Assembly (NCBI GenBank): GCA_039621445.1
Contig: CP154954.1
Span: 2,232,001-2,296,000 of the forward strand
From: Euglena gracilis
Lineage: Eukaryota
DNA: 64,000 bases
Reading direction: 5' to 3'
The translations under genes and the position numbers were made by a program. Below are positions 1 through 12,109 of the stretch, one piece after another. How positions within the stretch are numbered: position 1 is the stretch's first letter; every line of letters starts with the position of its first letter. The notes beneath the pieces were generated by a model. The model saw only the letters and a list, made by a program, of their open reading frames with translations. It did no database searches and was not told the DNA's origin.

Positions 1-1339
1 TTTTTGGAGGAACACCCCCCTATGTGGGGTCCCCAAAAAAGCAAGGCAAACCCCTTGGGCAGGTCATCGTCTGAAAAAAATTCCAACCTGGGAAGGAGTA
101 GTGTCACTTATGGGGGGGGGGTGTTTTCCAGGGTGGTCACTTTTCTTTTTGCAAATGCATACTCCAAAGCGGCGATGCAACAGGAAAGGGATTGCATGGT
201 CAAAGAGGTGCTGAACATCTCCCTCCTTTTTGTTACGCGGCCTTTCTTTTGGGTCTGACACGGGCATTTTTTGAGATATAAGTGGGCGTATGGGTGAATT
301 TGCCGTGGGAAAATGGGCTGAAAAAAATTATATTGACTTTTCCAACATTTTTTACCATGAAAATTGCCGTCCCAACCCGAAAAATTGGCCAAAAAAAGCG
401 ACTTTTTATTCACATTTTTCGGCTTGGAGGAAGACAAAGTTTCTTCGGAATGGAAGACATGAAGCTTCAAAGAAGGTTGGGTGATAAAGCATCAAATAAA
501 AACACGGGCAAACAATTCCTTGCAAGGTCGTTCATATTTCCCCCCAAAAAATGTTTTTGGTCACGACATATAGGGGATATAGGAGATAGACATATAGGAG
601 ATATAGGAGGTGGAAAAACCTGTACCTATACCTATACCTATATCTCCTATATCCCTATATTCCTATGTGCAACCCTGGCCGACCCTCCAGAAATAAAACA
701 GAACAGGCATCTCCAAAATAAATAAAATTTTTGTCACCATTATGAAACATTTGTGATTTTCAGTTCTTGTGGTGAACGCCAAAAGCTCTTTGAAAATCAA
801 ACGGGGAGCATTCTCCAATTCATTCGAACCTGCTGTCATTTTGGGCTCTTTTCCCAAAAAGGGAACTTATGTTTTATGTCCGTCGGTTTGTGAAGGATCA
901 CCATAAATATTTGGTAGTGGATAATGGTTTTTTGACATGCAATATTTTTTGATTTTGCGATATTTGCGATACCCCCCCCTTTATTGTCCCACCGACCTGC
1001 CCCCGGGAGGCCCGACCGGACAATAAAGGGGGGGGGACAATAAAGGGGTACCAAAGGAATTTCATTGGCCGGGCCAAAAAAACCCCCCGTCGGCCGGGGC
1101 CCAGGGACAATAAAGGGGGGGGGACAATAAAGGGGGGGGGTGGTATTGTGCGACATCCAATCTCTAACCTTGCCCACTGGGAGGTTTTCAGGATGCCGCT
1201 GCTGCTTCGCGGATCCCGGTTCGACTCCTCGCCAGATTTACTATTGGAGGCTAGGCGTGCCGCTCGGGGGGCAGGGGGGGAGGTCCGCCCCCTGCAGCCG
1301 CTCGCCCCCCCCCCTCGACCCCCCCGTCAGTGCCCCATT

Positions 1340-2180
1340 TTGGGCCGCCAACTCATTGACTTTGGGTCAAAACCGGGTCAAAAAAGTCGAAAAAATCGCA
1401 AATTTTTTTTGCCCGAAACGCTGTTTTTTGGCCTCCCGAACCCAGAAAACCCGTTTTTGAGCCAAAAATGAGCGATTTTTGACCCCTTGGCCTCCCGTTT
1501 CGGGCACAAAACCCTTGCATTTCAGTCCAAAGAGCTCCACGGAGTGGCCGGGCCGGGCCAGGCCAGGCCGCCGGGCTGCTGGGCCGGGCGGCCGGGCCGC
1601 TGGCCGGGCCAGGCCGGGCCGCCAGCCGGGCCGGGCCGGGCCGGGGCGCCGGTCCGCCGGGCCGCCGGCCGGGCCGGGCCGCTGGGGCCGCCGAGCCGGG
1701 CCAGGCCGGGTCGCCGAGCCGGGGTGGTCTCCCAAAGAGCTCAGCTCTACGTCGCACGCTGGTTGAAGGGCCCGGTAGCCAAACGGGTAAGGAGGGTGTT
1801 TGGCCGGGGACCCCAGAGGGCCACTTGGGGGTGGTGTCGTTCAGGGGAAGGGGTAATACCGTTGTGGGAGGCACAGCTTCACCCAGACCGTGCCCCGGGC
1901 CCAGGGAAACGTCTCTTTTGGCCCTTGCCACAAGGGTCCTGGCCATTTAGGTCATTTAGGGAGCAACAGAGGCTAGGGTTTTCCGGGTCCGGGAGACCAA
2001 AAAACATCGTTTCGGGCAAAAAAAATTTTCGGTTTTTTTCGACTTTTTCGGCCCGGTTTTGACCAAAAGTCAATGGGTTGGCAGCCCAAAACGGGGCGCT
2101 GGCGGGGCGAAAAAATTCATTTTTGGCTCGAAAACACTTTTTTCGGGTCCGGGAGGTCAAAAACATGGTTTTGGGCCAAA
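1340..2180. repeat. Inverted-repeat element with GC-rich (GGCCG)n core
   Basis: 1340-1460 is an imperfect reverse complement of ~1975-2100 (TTGACTTTGGGTCAAAACCGGG / CCCGGTTTTGACCAAAAGTCAA); the same family recurs near 58110-58180 and 61140-61300. Confidence 0.6.
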
Positions 2181-2954
2181 ATTTTTGAGCTCCGCGGAGG
2201 TGGAGCGAGTTTTTTCAACCCTTTCATTTGTGTACGGAAACCTACGAGGGCGCCTGAGCGTGCAAAAAGCAGGCAAATTGGCGTTTATCTTCCGCTCCCT
2301 AAGGTGCACGCCTCCAATGCTCTGGGTGAAAGCGATTCTGACTCAGACTGATCCGCTCTTTTCATGCCTTGGTCCTTGCGCAGGGGGGGGGAAGGAAATT
2401 AAAAACAAAAAAAAAACAATTTTTTTGAAAAGAACGGCGGGGGGCGGCAAAGGTAAAAAAAGCCGGGGGTTTTCAAAAAAACGGGGTTTTTTCGGAAAAA
2501 ACGTGTTTTAAAACGATCGGTTAGAAAACGAGCGCCATCCCTGGCCGGCGGCGGAGTTAAAAAAAAAGTGGCAAATTTTCCGCACCGGGTTCCGAGGTAA
2601 AGGTTTTCATGTCCTTGAATAGGGTTTCAAAAGTCGTCTGCTCTGTCCGCGACGTGTGCCTTTACATTTGCGTCTCACACTGCCCTTAACGCCCAGTACG
2701 TATGTGATTTTGTTTTTCTTTTTGTGACTCGGGGCGACGCCCGGGTGGGGGGGCCAGGCGGGGGGGGGGCGGCCTGGGGGGGGAAGTAAGGGTAGGCACC
2801 AAAGGGGAGGAGGCCCCAGCCACTCCCAGCCGCGGCTAGCCGTGGCTGGTGGCTGGGAGAAAAGAGGAGGAGGAGGTCAGGCTGGTGGCTAGAGAAAAAA
2901 GGAGGAGGAGGAGGTCTGGTCGGTATCTGGCTGGCCGTGGGGACCCCAGCTCCG

Positions 2955-3480
2955 TAGCATGGCCCAGTTCCCACGCGGGTCGAGCTTGCGCACCATGTTT
3001 TGCGCGCCGATTGCAATCGATTCAGCCGCGTTGGGGAGGCTGACGCCGGCCTGCAGCGGGGCGAGTTTGGCGACTGCGAAGGAGTGCTTTCCCCACGAGG
3101 CGGCGAAGGGTCTCCCCGGCTGCGATGGGGTGGACACCGTCATCCTTTTTCCGGAGAGGTGTGAGGTTGGCAGAGCACCACCAGGCAGATGCTCTTGGGG
3201 CAGTGCACCGGTGATCCAGGCTTGGGTGAGCTTGGGGGGGCTTGCAGGGCGGAAACAAGACCGCCACTGCAAACGCCGAGACGTGCTGGAAGCCAGTGCT
3301 CATCTCCGACCCGGGAGAGGTGCCGCCATCATCAAACTGGAAAACGTGACGGACAGCCAAAAAGGCCACCCATGCCTGCCGGACCGACAAGGCCCCGCCT
3401 CCGGAATGGGCATCTGTGATGGACGTGGGAGGTAGGCGTGTCGCGGTTCGGAGTTCCGTCATCAGTGTTACGTATTGGCC
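2955..3480 (-). pseudogene. Inverted, deleted RT fragment of a CRE-like retrotransposon
   Basis: Minus-strand frames give ELRTATRLPP, WCSANLTPLRKKDDGVHPIAAGETLRRLVGKALL and NAAESIAIGAQNMVRKLDPRGNW, matching the ORF at 38354-42001. Confidence 0.8.
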
Positions 3481-3489
3481 GTGTCTGAA

Positions 3490-3943
3490 TAGTTGGATCC
3501 GCCAGATCCTTCGCAGGTTGGTTGGGAAAGCGCTGCTTCACACTGGGGCTGCCAAAGACCAGGTTGCACGGCTTAGCCCCCTGCAGACCGGGGTCGGGGT
3601 CTCTAACGCCTCTGAGTCCATTGCCATTACGGCACAAAACATGGTGAGGAAGTTGGACCCAAGGGGCAACTTGGCGGTTCTCCAAGTAGATCTGAAGAAC
3701 ACGTTCAACACCCTCGACCACACTGTCCTGCTCCAAGAGGCGCAGACGCGCACACCCGCACTTTTCAACTACCTGCGGTTCGCATATGGCCAACCCGCGC
3801 ATTTGTTCAGTGAGGGGCGAGTGCTATCATCCACAAGGGGCACGCACCAAGGCTGTCCCCTGGGGCCCATTGGCTTTGCGGTCGGGTTGCACACTATAGC
3901 CGAGACAATCAGCCAACAGGCAGAGTTACTTTGGTCCTCGTGA
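3490..3943 (+). pseudogene. RT fragment of a CRE-like retrotransposon
   Basis: RRLVGKALL...LQVDLKNTFN...GTHQGCPLGPIGFA; very similar to 41095-41520. Confidence 0.85.
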
Positions 3944-3994
3944 TCCCTGCTGCTTGCCAGGGTGCAGCCCGCACCGCGGCTCTGTGTCGATACT

Positions 3995-4404
3995 AAACCC
4001 CCCCCAAATAATACCCCCCCCGGGGTATTACTTTTTCGCCCGAAGTCCCGGCCCGAGGGGGGGGGGTATTATTTGGGGGGGTTATTTTTCCAAAATTTTC
4101 GAAATTTTCCGAAGTCCCGTAAAACCCAAAATAGCACCCAAAACCGCCCTTTGGGGTCATTTTTTGCACTTTCTTGTGAAATTTACCATTTTTGGAGGTC
4201 AGATGAGCCAGAAAAATCCATTTTTTCCATAATTTGTTGTCAGAAATTGTGATTTTTACCTACATTTTCAGGTCAAAAATCCGGGCCTTCGGCCCGAAAC
4301 CAGGGGGGGGGGGTATTATTTCGGCGGCCGAAGTCGGACCCCAAGGGGGGGTAGTATTTGGGGGGGGGGGTGTTGTTTGGGGGGCGTATTATTTGGGGGG
4401 GTTT
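3995..4404. mobile_element. MITE-like inverted-repeat element
   Basis: Termini AAACCCCCCCCAAATAATA / TATTATTTGGGGGGGTTT; non-coding. Confidence 0.6.
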
Positions 4405-4653
4405 ACCATGCCCCCCCATATAAGACCCCCCCCCGGGATTTTGGCTCCCGAGGGGGGTCTTACCCCCCTCCTTTATTGTCCCACCGACCTGCCCCCGGGA
4501 GGCCCGACCGGACAATAAAGGGGGGGGACAATAAAGGGGTACCAAAGGAATTTCATTGGCCGGGCCAAAAAAACCCCCCGTCGGCCGGGGCCCAGGGACA
4601 ATAAAGGGGGGGGACAATAAAGGGGGGGGGTGGTATATGGGGGGGGGCATGGT
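4405..4653. mobile_element. MITE-like element (ACCATGCCCC termini)
   Basis: Termini ACCATGCCCCCC / GGGGGGCATGGT; interior (TTATTGTCCCACCGACC...GTACCAAAGGAATTTCATTGGCC) also at ~970-1145, 14672-14832 and 53620-53778. Confidence 0.65.
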
Positions 4654-5108
4654 ACACCCATGGACACAAAAAGGTTGCATGCCCAGCTTACGCGGCAACC
4701 CCGGTTGATAGACTCTGCCAGCAGCCTGCCAACAACCTCGCCTCCGCACTGGGATCCCAACACCCCGAGAGCCAACAATTGCTCACCCCTGCCTCCTTCG
4801 CTTCCGCCTCTGGAAACGACACGTCACAGCGGTGGTGGCAGACCCAGCTATCACGTGCCACGGTGGACGGCCTGCTAAACCGAACCTTGCCAAGAGACCA
4901 GGCCCGCCTGATGGAACAGGCCCATGGTGTCGGTCACGGATGACCCCACGAGGCCCTCCACACGACGATTGACGCGGCAGACTACCGCCCTGGGCTGAAA
5001 TGGTGGCTGGGACTGCCCCTGGCAGACTCAACCGGCACGTGCGCAGGATGCCAGAGCGTCACTGATGTCCACGGTGACCACAAGATGTGCTGCATCCAGA
5101 ATAACTTT
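4654..5108 (+). pseudogene. CRE-like retrotransposon fragment (pre-endonuclease region)
   Basis: Encodes YR.GLKWWLGLPLADS..CAGC and CCIQNNF, homologous to 42300-42590; interrupted at 5109 by a TIR element. Confidence 0.75.
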
Positions 5109-8100
5109 CTTAGACGGCGCTACAGGGTATGATGGTTTTTTGAAAAAAATCTGCGGTTCCCAAGCCCGTTTCATGCTTTCTGGCCGCGCACTGGCTGTGA
5201 AGGGGAGACGCCGATCCAGGAAAGGGGCAAGACCGCGCAGTATTCAGAGGCATTCGGGCCCGATTCCCCGGTTTTTCACCTCCCCCTGGTGCCCACCAGG
5301 CCGATGCACCCCGCAGGGCAAACGTTGAAAATGAGGCAAATTTACGTCCCCCGTGGGGTTATGCTCTGTGTAGTGCACAGGTGGGCCAAGACACAAGGTC
5401 AGGGCCGCACCGGCAGTTGGGAATGTCAGGCACCATGTGGCACCGACCTCCACCAAGACAATAGGGGCTTTGTATAGAATGAGGGGTGGTTGGAGGGCGG
5501 AAAAACAGCGTTTTCAAGCCGACCTGCGGGACCGGGGATGGACGCCCAATTTGAAAGGAAAAATCTTGCACTGGGAAAAAAGCCCTTCCAGGGGGTGAAA
5601 AAATGCCGAAAATGGCTCCCCTCCCCGATGCAATTTATGCAGTTGGACAGCACACTTTGGGAACCACGGTTCCCAAACGAGACAGCCGATGCGTTGAGCA
5701 GGCTTGGGGACAGTGTTCACTGCCCTCCGGGGCAGAAGCTGGGGGAAACACAGCCTGGTTGAAGCAGCAGCAGCATGGGATGCTTTCTCCCCCAGGCAAA
5801 ACAATGCAAGATCTGGTTGGAAGAACGGTGGACCAAGACCTCCTTGTTCTTTGCCAGGGTCTCTCTGAGGTGATGCTTTCAGCGGGGTTTCAAACCAGCC
5901 TTTTGATTTCCTGCCCTCTGGATTATCCCACATGGAACCATGCGTCACCAATTCTAAAAATGCCCTTTTCAGGAATGGCACAAAGAGCACTTGAAGGGGC
6001 ATGTTGTGCGAAGAGTGCTTGTCGTGAAATGAAATGAACGAATTTCGGCAAAGATCCCTGTGCAACATCTTTTCATGGGAGGAAAATAAAATGTCCATTG
6101 GTAACCCATAAGAACTGGGAAGAATGAGGAACCAAACACCGATCCCATGAAGAACTTTTCAGCAGCAAGGCTAAGGGGAATGCACTCTGGAAAAGAGATT
6201 CGGAAGTTAAATTGGGATAGCAGTGATGCTGCTTCTGTTTCAACTTGCAAAACAGGGTGGATGGTGGAAAGACACTGGCGTGGGATGGAGAACAGTGGTC
6301 CTATGGTCTGGGTATTTCCTCGTGGGCCGCTTCCACTTCTCAATCCACTGTCTACAACCTTCCTTGTTGCCCTGCACATATGAATGTGAATGGGAGCCTC
6401 CTGCCCCAATTGCAATGGCAGAAGCACATGTAGAGAGGTGCATTGCTCCCGCGGTGATGAGTTTTGTCCATCACTAGACAACCATCACAGATTGATCCAA
6501 CGGATCCTCCGAGCTTCCCAGCACGCCATGGTGCACAAAACAAGCGTCAAACATAAGGCGATCCCAATAAAACTGGCGGCCTCCCACATGAGCAGATTCA
6601 TCTACTTGCCACCCGAATCCCTTGGAAGCCCTTGACTTTCGGCTGAAAGCCAAAAGAGAAGAATTTGTAATGTATCAAATGGTCAGGCTGAGCAACAACA
6701 CAAATAATATCTCAGCCCCAACCTTCACCACCAAAAAAAAATGCAAAATATCCCGCAGAAATCTTTGAGATTCTGGATTTCAAACGAGAGATCTTTATTT
6801 GATGAACACATTGAAAATCATTGGAGAAAAGTGGTCCATTTTTAATGGACAAAAAGGAAAATTCAAATTTGGGAACCGTGGTTCCTATTTTTTTTGTTTG
6901 ACAAGAATGGTCCAGATTGTGTCAGGAGCCCATGCTCCCTTAGAAAGGAAAAGGGGGGAAAGAGGAAATTGTTTGAACCTTAAGAAGGCAGAATGGCAAA
7001 AAAAAAAAAGCTTGAGAAGAAGGGGGTAGGGTCACAGGGGGGCATGGGGGGGTCAAGGGGGGAAAGAAATGGGGGTTCGCAGCAGCTTTGCAGAATTGTC
7101 AAAAAGGACAAAAAAAATGCTGGAAATTTGCTTTAGACTTGGTGTTTCCTCAACTTCTGGGGTCCCGAATCCGGGTCATTGAGGGACGGGTCACGGGTTC
7201 ACAGGGCAGGGGGAGTTACGGGGACGACACCACCAAAAGGCTTGCAGCACCCGGAAAAGTGGAGGCCTTGGTGCGCTTAGTTGTGGAGTGTCCCATGAGG
7301 TTTGCATGAAGTGAGATTCAAAGGCGCGTGGTCTTACCCTAAGCGCCTTTGTTTGGGCCCTTGCAGTCTTCAAATGTGGTCTGTACATTTTTGTTTGGAC
7401 TCCAGGAGATGAACGGCTGTATGTGCTTTTTGTCTTTTGATGAGTCAAACGAGATTTGCCTGTTGTCAACTTGTAATCCTAGTTTTGATTTGGGGTACAA
7501 CTGGCCATAGACCTTGGAGAATTTAGCAAAATCTTTTTTTGGGGGGGTCTGGGGCCAAAAAAAAAACACGAGAAGAAATATATTGCCTAACAAAGGCAAC
7601 CATTTTAAGTCCTACCAGCATCCATGATGCCACACCTTGGATACTGGACAGCAACATGAAATGTTGATTGGAGCAAAATCAGCAAAGCCACAACTGCACA
7701 GGTGCGCAATGGGGAAGAGGCTTCAAACCAAACCAACCACGGTGGATGGCCCACGCCAGGGAAAATGAATGTTGTCACCCCTCACTGTGATAGCAAAATT
7801 GGTACTGTAATAAAAACTGTTCTTTTCTCTTTATGGACACAATGGTCCCAAACCGTGATGGAATGTCAAAAATTAAGACCACGGTCCTCAAAGACTGATG
7901 AGAGAAACGTTGGTGTGTGTCCAGCATGCAACTTTTGTTTTGAGTCCTGGGGCTCACACGGTCTGACTCTTTGATGACGGGATTGTTCGCTAGTGGCCGA
8001 GAGAAAATCATGGCTAAAGCTTCTGTACAATGAATACAATTGAGGGAAAAAATCTTCCAAATTGAGAAATTCTGGGATGCCCAGAATTTCTCTGCAAATT

Positions 8101-10629
8101 TGAATGACAAAATGATTTGATGGATGGATTGGAAAATGAGCAATGGAAAAAAATCACCTTCGTTCAAATTTGTTGAGAAATCTGCTTTCTTCGGGGGGAA
8201 GACAAGGCTCTTGTCCAAATACAAATAAGTCATCCCACCACATGCTTCAGAGGACACTTCGAGGATAATAACTGGCTTGTTCAAAAAAATATGCACTTTT
8301 GAAAAAACGACTTGAGTTTTGTCATCCAAACTGCACTTTGTTAATTCCTGGGTACCAGCCAAAAATCAAATTTTTGTTCAATTGTCATGCAGACTTTGGC
8401 AGACGTGTTCCCATCTTTTTCTTGCCTATTGACATGCACATTCGTTCACATGGCGTACATCACATTAACACCCATGGAACGCACAGCCCACCAAAAATAG
8501 CACAAACTGCCTGTTCCTTGAGGTCATGACTTTCTATGTGCAATGTTCCACGTTCCCTTGTTTGATGACTTTCCAGAGTGCATACTCCGCTCCATCATGC
8601 TCTTGCGAGTGCAACAATGCCGAGGGCCACATTTGAGTTGAACGATCAAGGGCTTTAACACTGCATGTGGCAAAGGGCGATGTCTTAGCTAAAATGGCTC
8701 AGCTAAAATGTTACCAATAAAATGGAGTCCCGCGCTTTCCTTCTCCCGTGTTTCAGAGGAGTTTTCAAGCCATTCAACATCGCTTGTTTGCAAACTTAAT
8801 ACACAAAATAACAGACTTATGTCTGTTTCACCAAGGCACCACATTTCTTTGCCACGGTGGGACAAATATATTTTTGAAACAAAAAATAGTGAATTGATCC
8901 CGCAACCATTGAGCAACCCAAAAGGTGATGTGCAAAAGGACTATTTATGAGTGAACGCCTTGGGTTCACGTTTGTTAATCCCATCCTGACCAACACGGGT
9001 GCACAATGACATCTGATTGGGGGGGGGGTGGAACGACCAAAATACAAAAGCCCTCGCCCCCCCCCTGAGGTGGCCAGAGTTTTAAGAAAGACAATGGCGA
9101 AAAGGATTAAAGAAAATTGAGGTTAGAATATTTCCTGGAGTCAGTTTTGGGTTGGCCACCCTCTGGGATGCAGCTTCCAAACGACGCACATGCATGGTTG
9201 CAATTGGGTCCGATAAATCACCCACACGGGGACAGCAAGCATACTGATGGCTGGAAGCAGTTTTCCTTCTGAATATACGGCCCAAAGCAAGGTTCTTTGG
9301 AAGTGGTTTCTTGGTTTAACATTGCACAACTGACATTTCACGGCAATAAACTTTGGCGGATGTGTGTCTTGGGTGCTTGCGTCACTGTGCGTCCCAACGC
9401 CTCCCTATCGTGGAAAACCATTGTATTTTGAGGTTTCTTGGTGTGAAAAATGCCACCCTTGGCAAGCAATGGGATAACCGAACTAAAAATGTGGCTGGAT
9501 CACGCCTCTAATCCTAACCCAGTTGTTCCTACCGCAGCTAGCACCACAACCTAATTTCAGCACTCCCAAAAGCCGACCGTCGAACTTCACAATCCCTAAC
9601 AGCATAAAAAAAAATTCATTTGGTGCTTTGCAAATGGCGACTTTCCGGTTCACCCTTAATGCAAATCCTGAAGATGCGAGAGAGGAAAACAGTTGCAGGC
9701 CTTGGGGTTGCAATGACCTTCTATCACATGCACTTCTCATGTGTGTGATGTACCACTGTGCCAATGAAAACAACAAAAAAAGGTGCTTCATCCGATGGCA
9801 CCCCCCCCAAAAAGCAGAAAATGAGGAAATCAAAAGGCAGTGCAAAAAAAAATGGGAACCGTGGTTCCCAAAACTTCCCAACCATTGCCCCGATTATTCA
9901 AAGGCCAAACAGGAAATGTGACCTTCGCAAAACATTGGAAATGGGGCTATATCAAGATCATTTGCAATTCAAGGCTTGTCGCTTTCCATTGCTACACCCA
10001 TTTCTTCTAAGCACCCCCCATGACATGAAGTAGAACACCAGTACCTTGACTGCCGGATCGATCAAACAATTTGGGAACCGTGGTTCCTAAATTTCAAAGA
10101 TGACCCCCACCCTGCAAACAGGGGCTTGCAAAACGGATGGGGGGAACAAAAGGTGCGTGCTGCCAAAAAAAAACAATTCTTCATTTTGAAGCAGTGTGGC
10201 AACTTGGACTTCACTTGTTGACACCCACGGAGGGAATGAAGACACACATCAACTTTGACGCCCACCCCTACAACTTTGGCTCATTGACCCCAACCTGTCC
10301 GAGGCCCCGACCAATTTCAAAAAAGGGGGGGTTCAGACATCCAAAAAGTCTTTTGAAAAAAAGTTCAGGGGGGGAAGGAAAGCGTGTTTTACCCCCCCTC
10401 CACGAAAATGACGTTGGGCAGCGTAGGGACCCACACTCAAACCAGGGCCACAGTGGCACCGCCGCAAAACCCACACACAGCGGGAACACCCAGCCAGCGC
10501 ACAGCACCGGCCCTGGGTGAGCCATGAAAGCACGTTGCGCAGAGCCGAGGCCCCACGCCAACGCCTCGAAAAAGTGGTCATTTTTTGGGAACCGCTGATT
10601 TTCGATCATACCCTGTAGCGCCGTCTAAG
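5109..10629. mobile_element. 5.5-kb DNA transposon with 25-bp TIRs and 5-bp TSD; no intact transposase ORF
   Basis: Perfect TIR CTTAGACGGCGCTACAGGGTATGAT (5109-5133 / 10605-10629); TSD ACTTT at 5104-5108 and 10630-10634; removing it restores the NNF|ANRH reading of the host retroelement. Confidence 0.9.
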
Positions 10630-10972
10630 ACTTTGCCAACAGACACACCGCCGTCTAGGACGCTTTATTCAACCTCTTGCCCACAAACGGCCAAAGTGTT
10701 CAGCGCGAGGTTCCGGTACCCAATCAGCCACATACCTCTCTACGGCCCGCCGACCTGCTGCTGGCCACATGGCAGGATGGCAAGCCTACAGCAGTGGACA
10801 TCACCGTTGCGCACAGGTGGCAAGCAGCGGAGAGGAGTGCCTCCAGGGAGCGTTGGAGAACCTTCCTGAAACGACGTGAGCAAGCTAAGCACACCAAGTA
10901 CGACATCCCGTGTCGGAACGGTGGGTGGTCGTTCGCGACGCTGGCCATGGGCACGTGGGGAGGCCTGGACCC
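10630..10972 (+). pseudogene. Restriction-like endonuclease fragment of a CRE-like element
   Basis: LRPADLLLATWQDGKPTAVDIT...MGTWGGL, nearly identical to 42600-42930. Confidence 0.85.
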
Positions 10973-11094
10973 TCCCATCCTGATCCACCAACCCTCAATT
11001 AAACGATAGTCAGCCGAGCCGGGGGCTGCAATCAGGTGGGCCTCGTCTTTTCTTGCGTTTAAAAAACACACAAAGCATTTTTCGCAGACCTGCT

Positions 11095-11400
11095 TGTGCC
11101 ACCTGTGGCCCAAAACTGGCCACCAGTCGTTGCCCAAAACTGGCCACCATGTGTGGCCCAAAACTGGTCACCATCTGTGGCACAAACCTGGCCACCATAT
11201 GTGGCACAAAACTGGCCACCATCTGTGGCACAAAACTGGCCACCGCATTTGGCCCAAAACTGACCAGCATCTGTGGCCCAAAACTGGCCACACATTGGGC
11301 CTGAAACTGGCCCCTACATCTGGCCCAAAACTGGCCACCATCTGTGGCACAAATTTGGCCACCACCCGTGGCCCAAAATTGACCACTGCCTGTGACACAA
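11095..11400. repeat. 24-bp minisatellite (CCAAAACTGGCCACCATCTGTGGC-like)
   Basis: Tandem 24-bp units; same family at 14200-14400, 37435-37580, 43950-44160, 50825-51500 and 53150-53345. Confidence 0.9.
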
Positions 11401-11541
11401 AATTGTTCAGCACTGTTTTTTTTTGGACAAGGACATTTGTTGAACAGCAGAAAAAGAAGGCAACAAACAAAAACAAGTCTCATACCAATTGAAGCGTGCT
11501 GACTTAATAAACATTCTCCAGGTAACATGACTTCAGGTGAT

Positions 11542-11939
11542 ACCATGCCCCCCCCTTTACTGTCCCCCCCCCCCTCACTGTTCCCACTGGGGGGACGGGA
11601 ACAGTACAGTGTCATAGCACTTTTTGTAAAGGATTCTTTGAACACAAGGCAAAAAAGGAGATTTTTGGTTGGTTTTAGGTGCTTTCCATCCGACCAAAAT
11701 CCAACCTAATGCCAAAATGGATGTTGTGGAGGTGCAATTTTCAAGCATGTAAACCAAAAAAGCTTCATTTTGCCATTTTAGGTGGCCTTTTGGGTCTAAC
11801 TTGGTTGGTTGGTTCATGGCCCATGGGAACAGTAAGGGGGGGGAGCTCGTCCCCCCCCTTGCTGTTCCCCCCCCCCTTACTGTTCCCATGGACCCAAAAG
11901 GGGGCCACGGGATGGGAACAGTAAGGGGGGGGGCATGGT
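11542..11939. mobile_element. MITE-like element
   Basis: Terminal inverted repeats ACCATGCCCCCCCC(T)TTACTGT / ACAGTAAGGGGGGGGGCATGGT; no clear TSD. Confidence 0.6.
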
Positions 11940-12109
11940 AAATATACTGGTCGTTGAAGTCCTTCAGCAGCACACCACAGCAGACACCAACCTTGACTTC
12001 AACTCAAAATTGTCCACTTAAAACCAGAAATCCAATCTTGTCCTTTCATGTTACTTCTCGTACATATACCGTCCGTCCAGTCGGTGGCCACCTGTCATTC
12101 CTGTCATTC

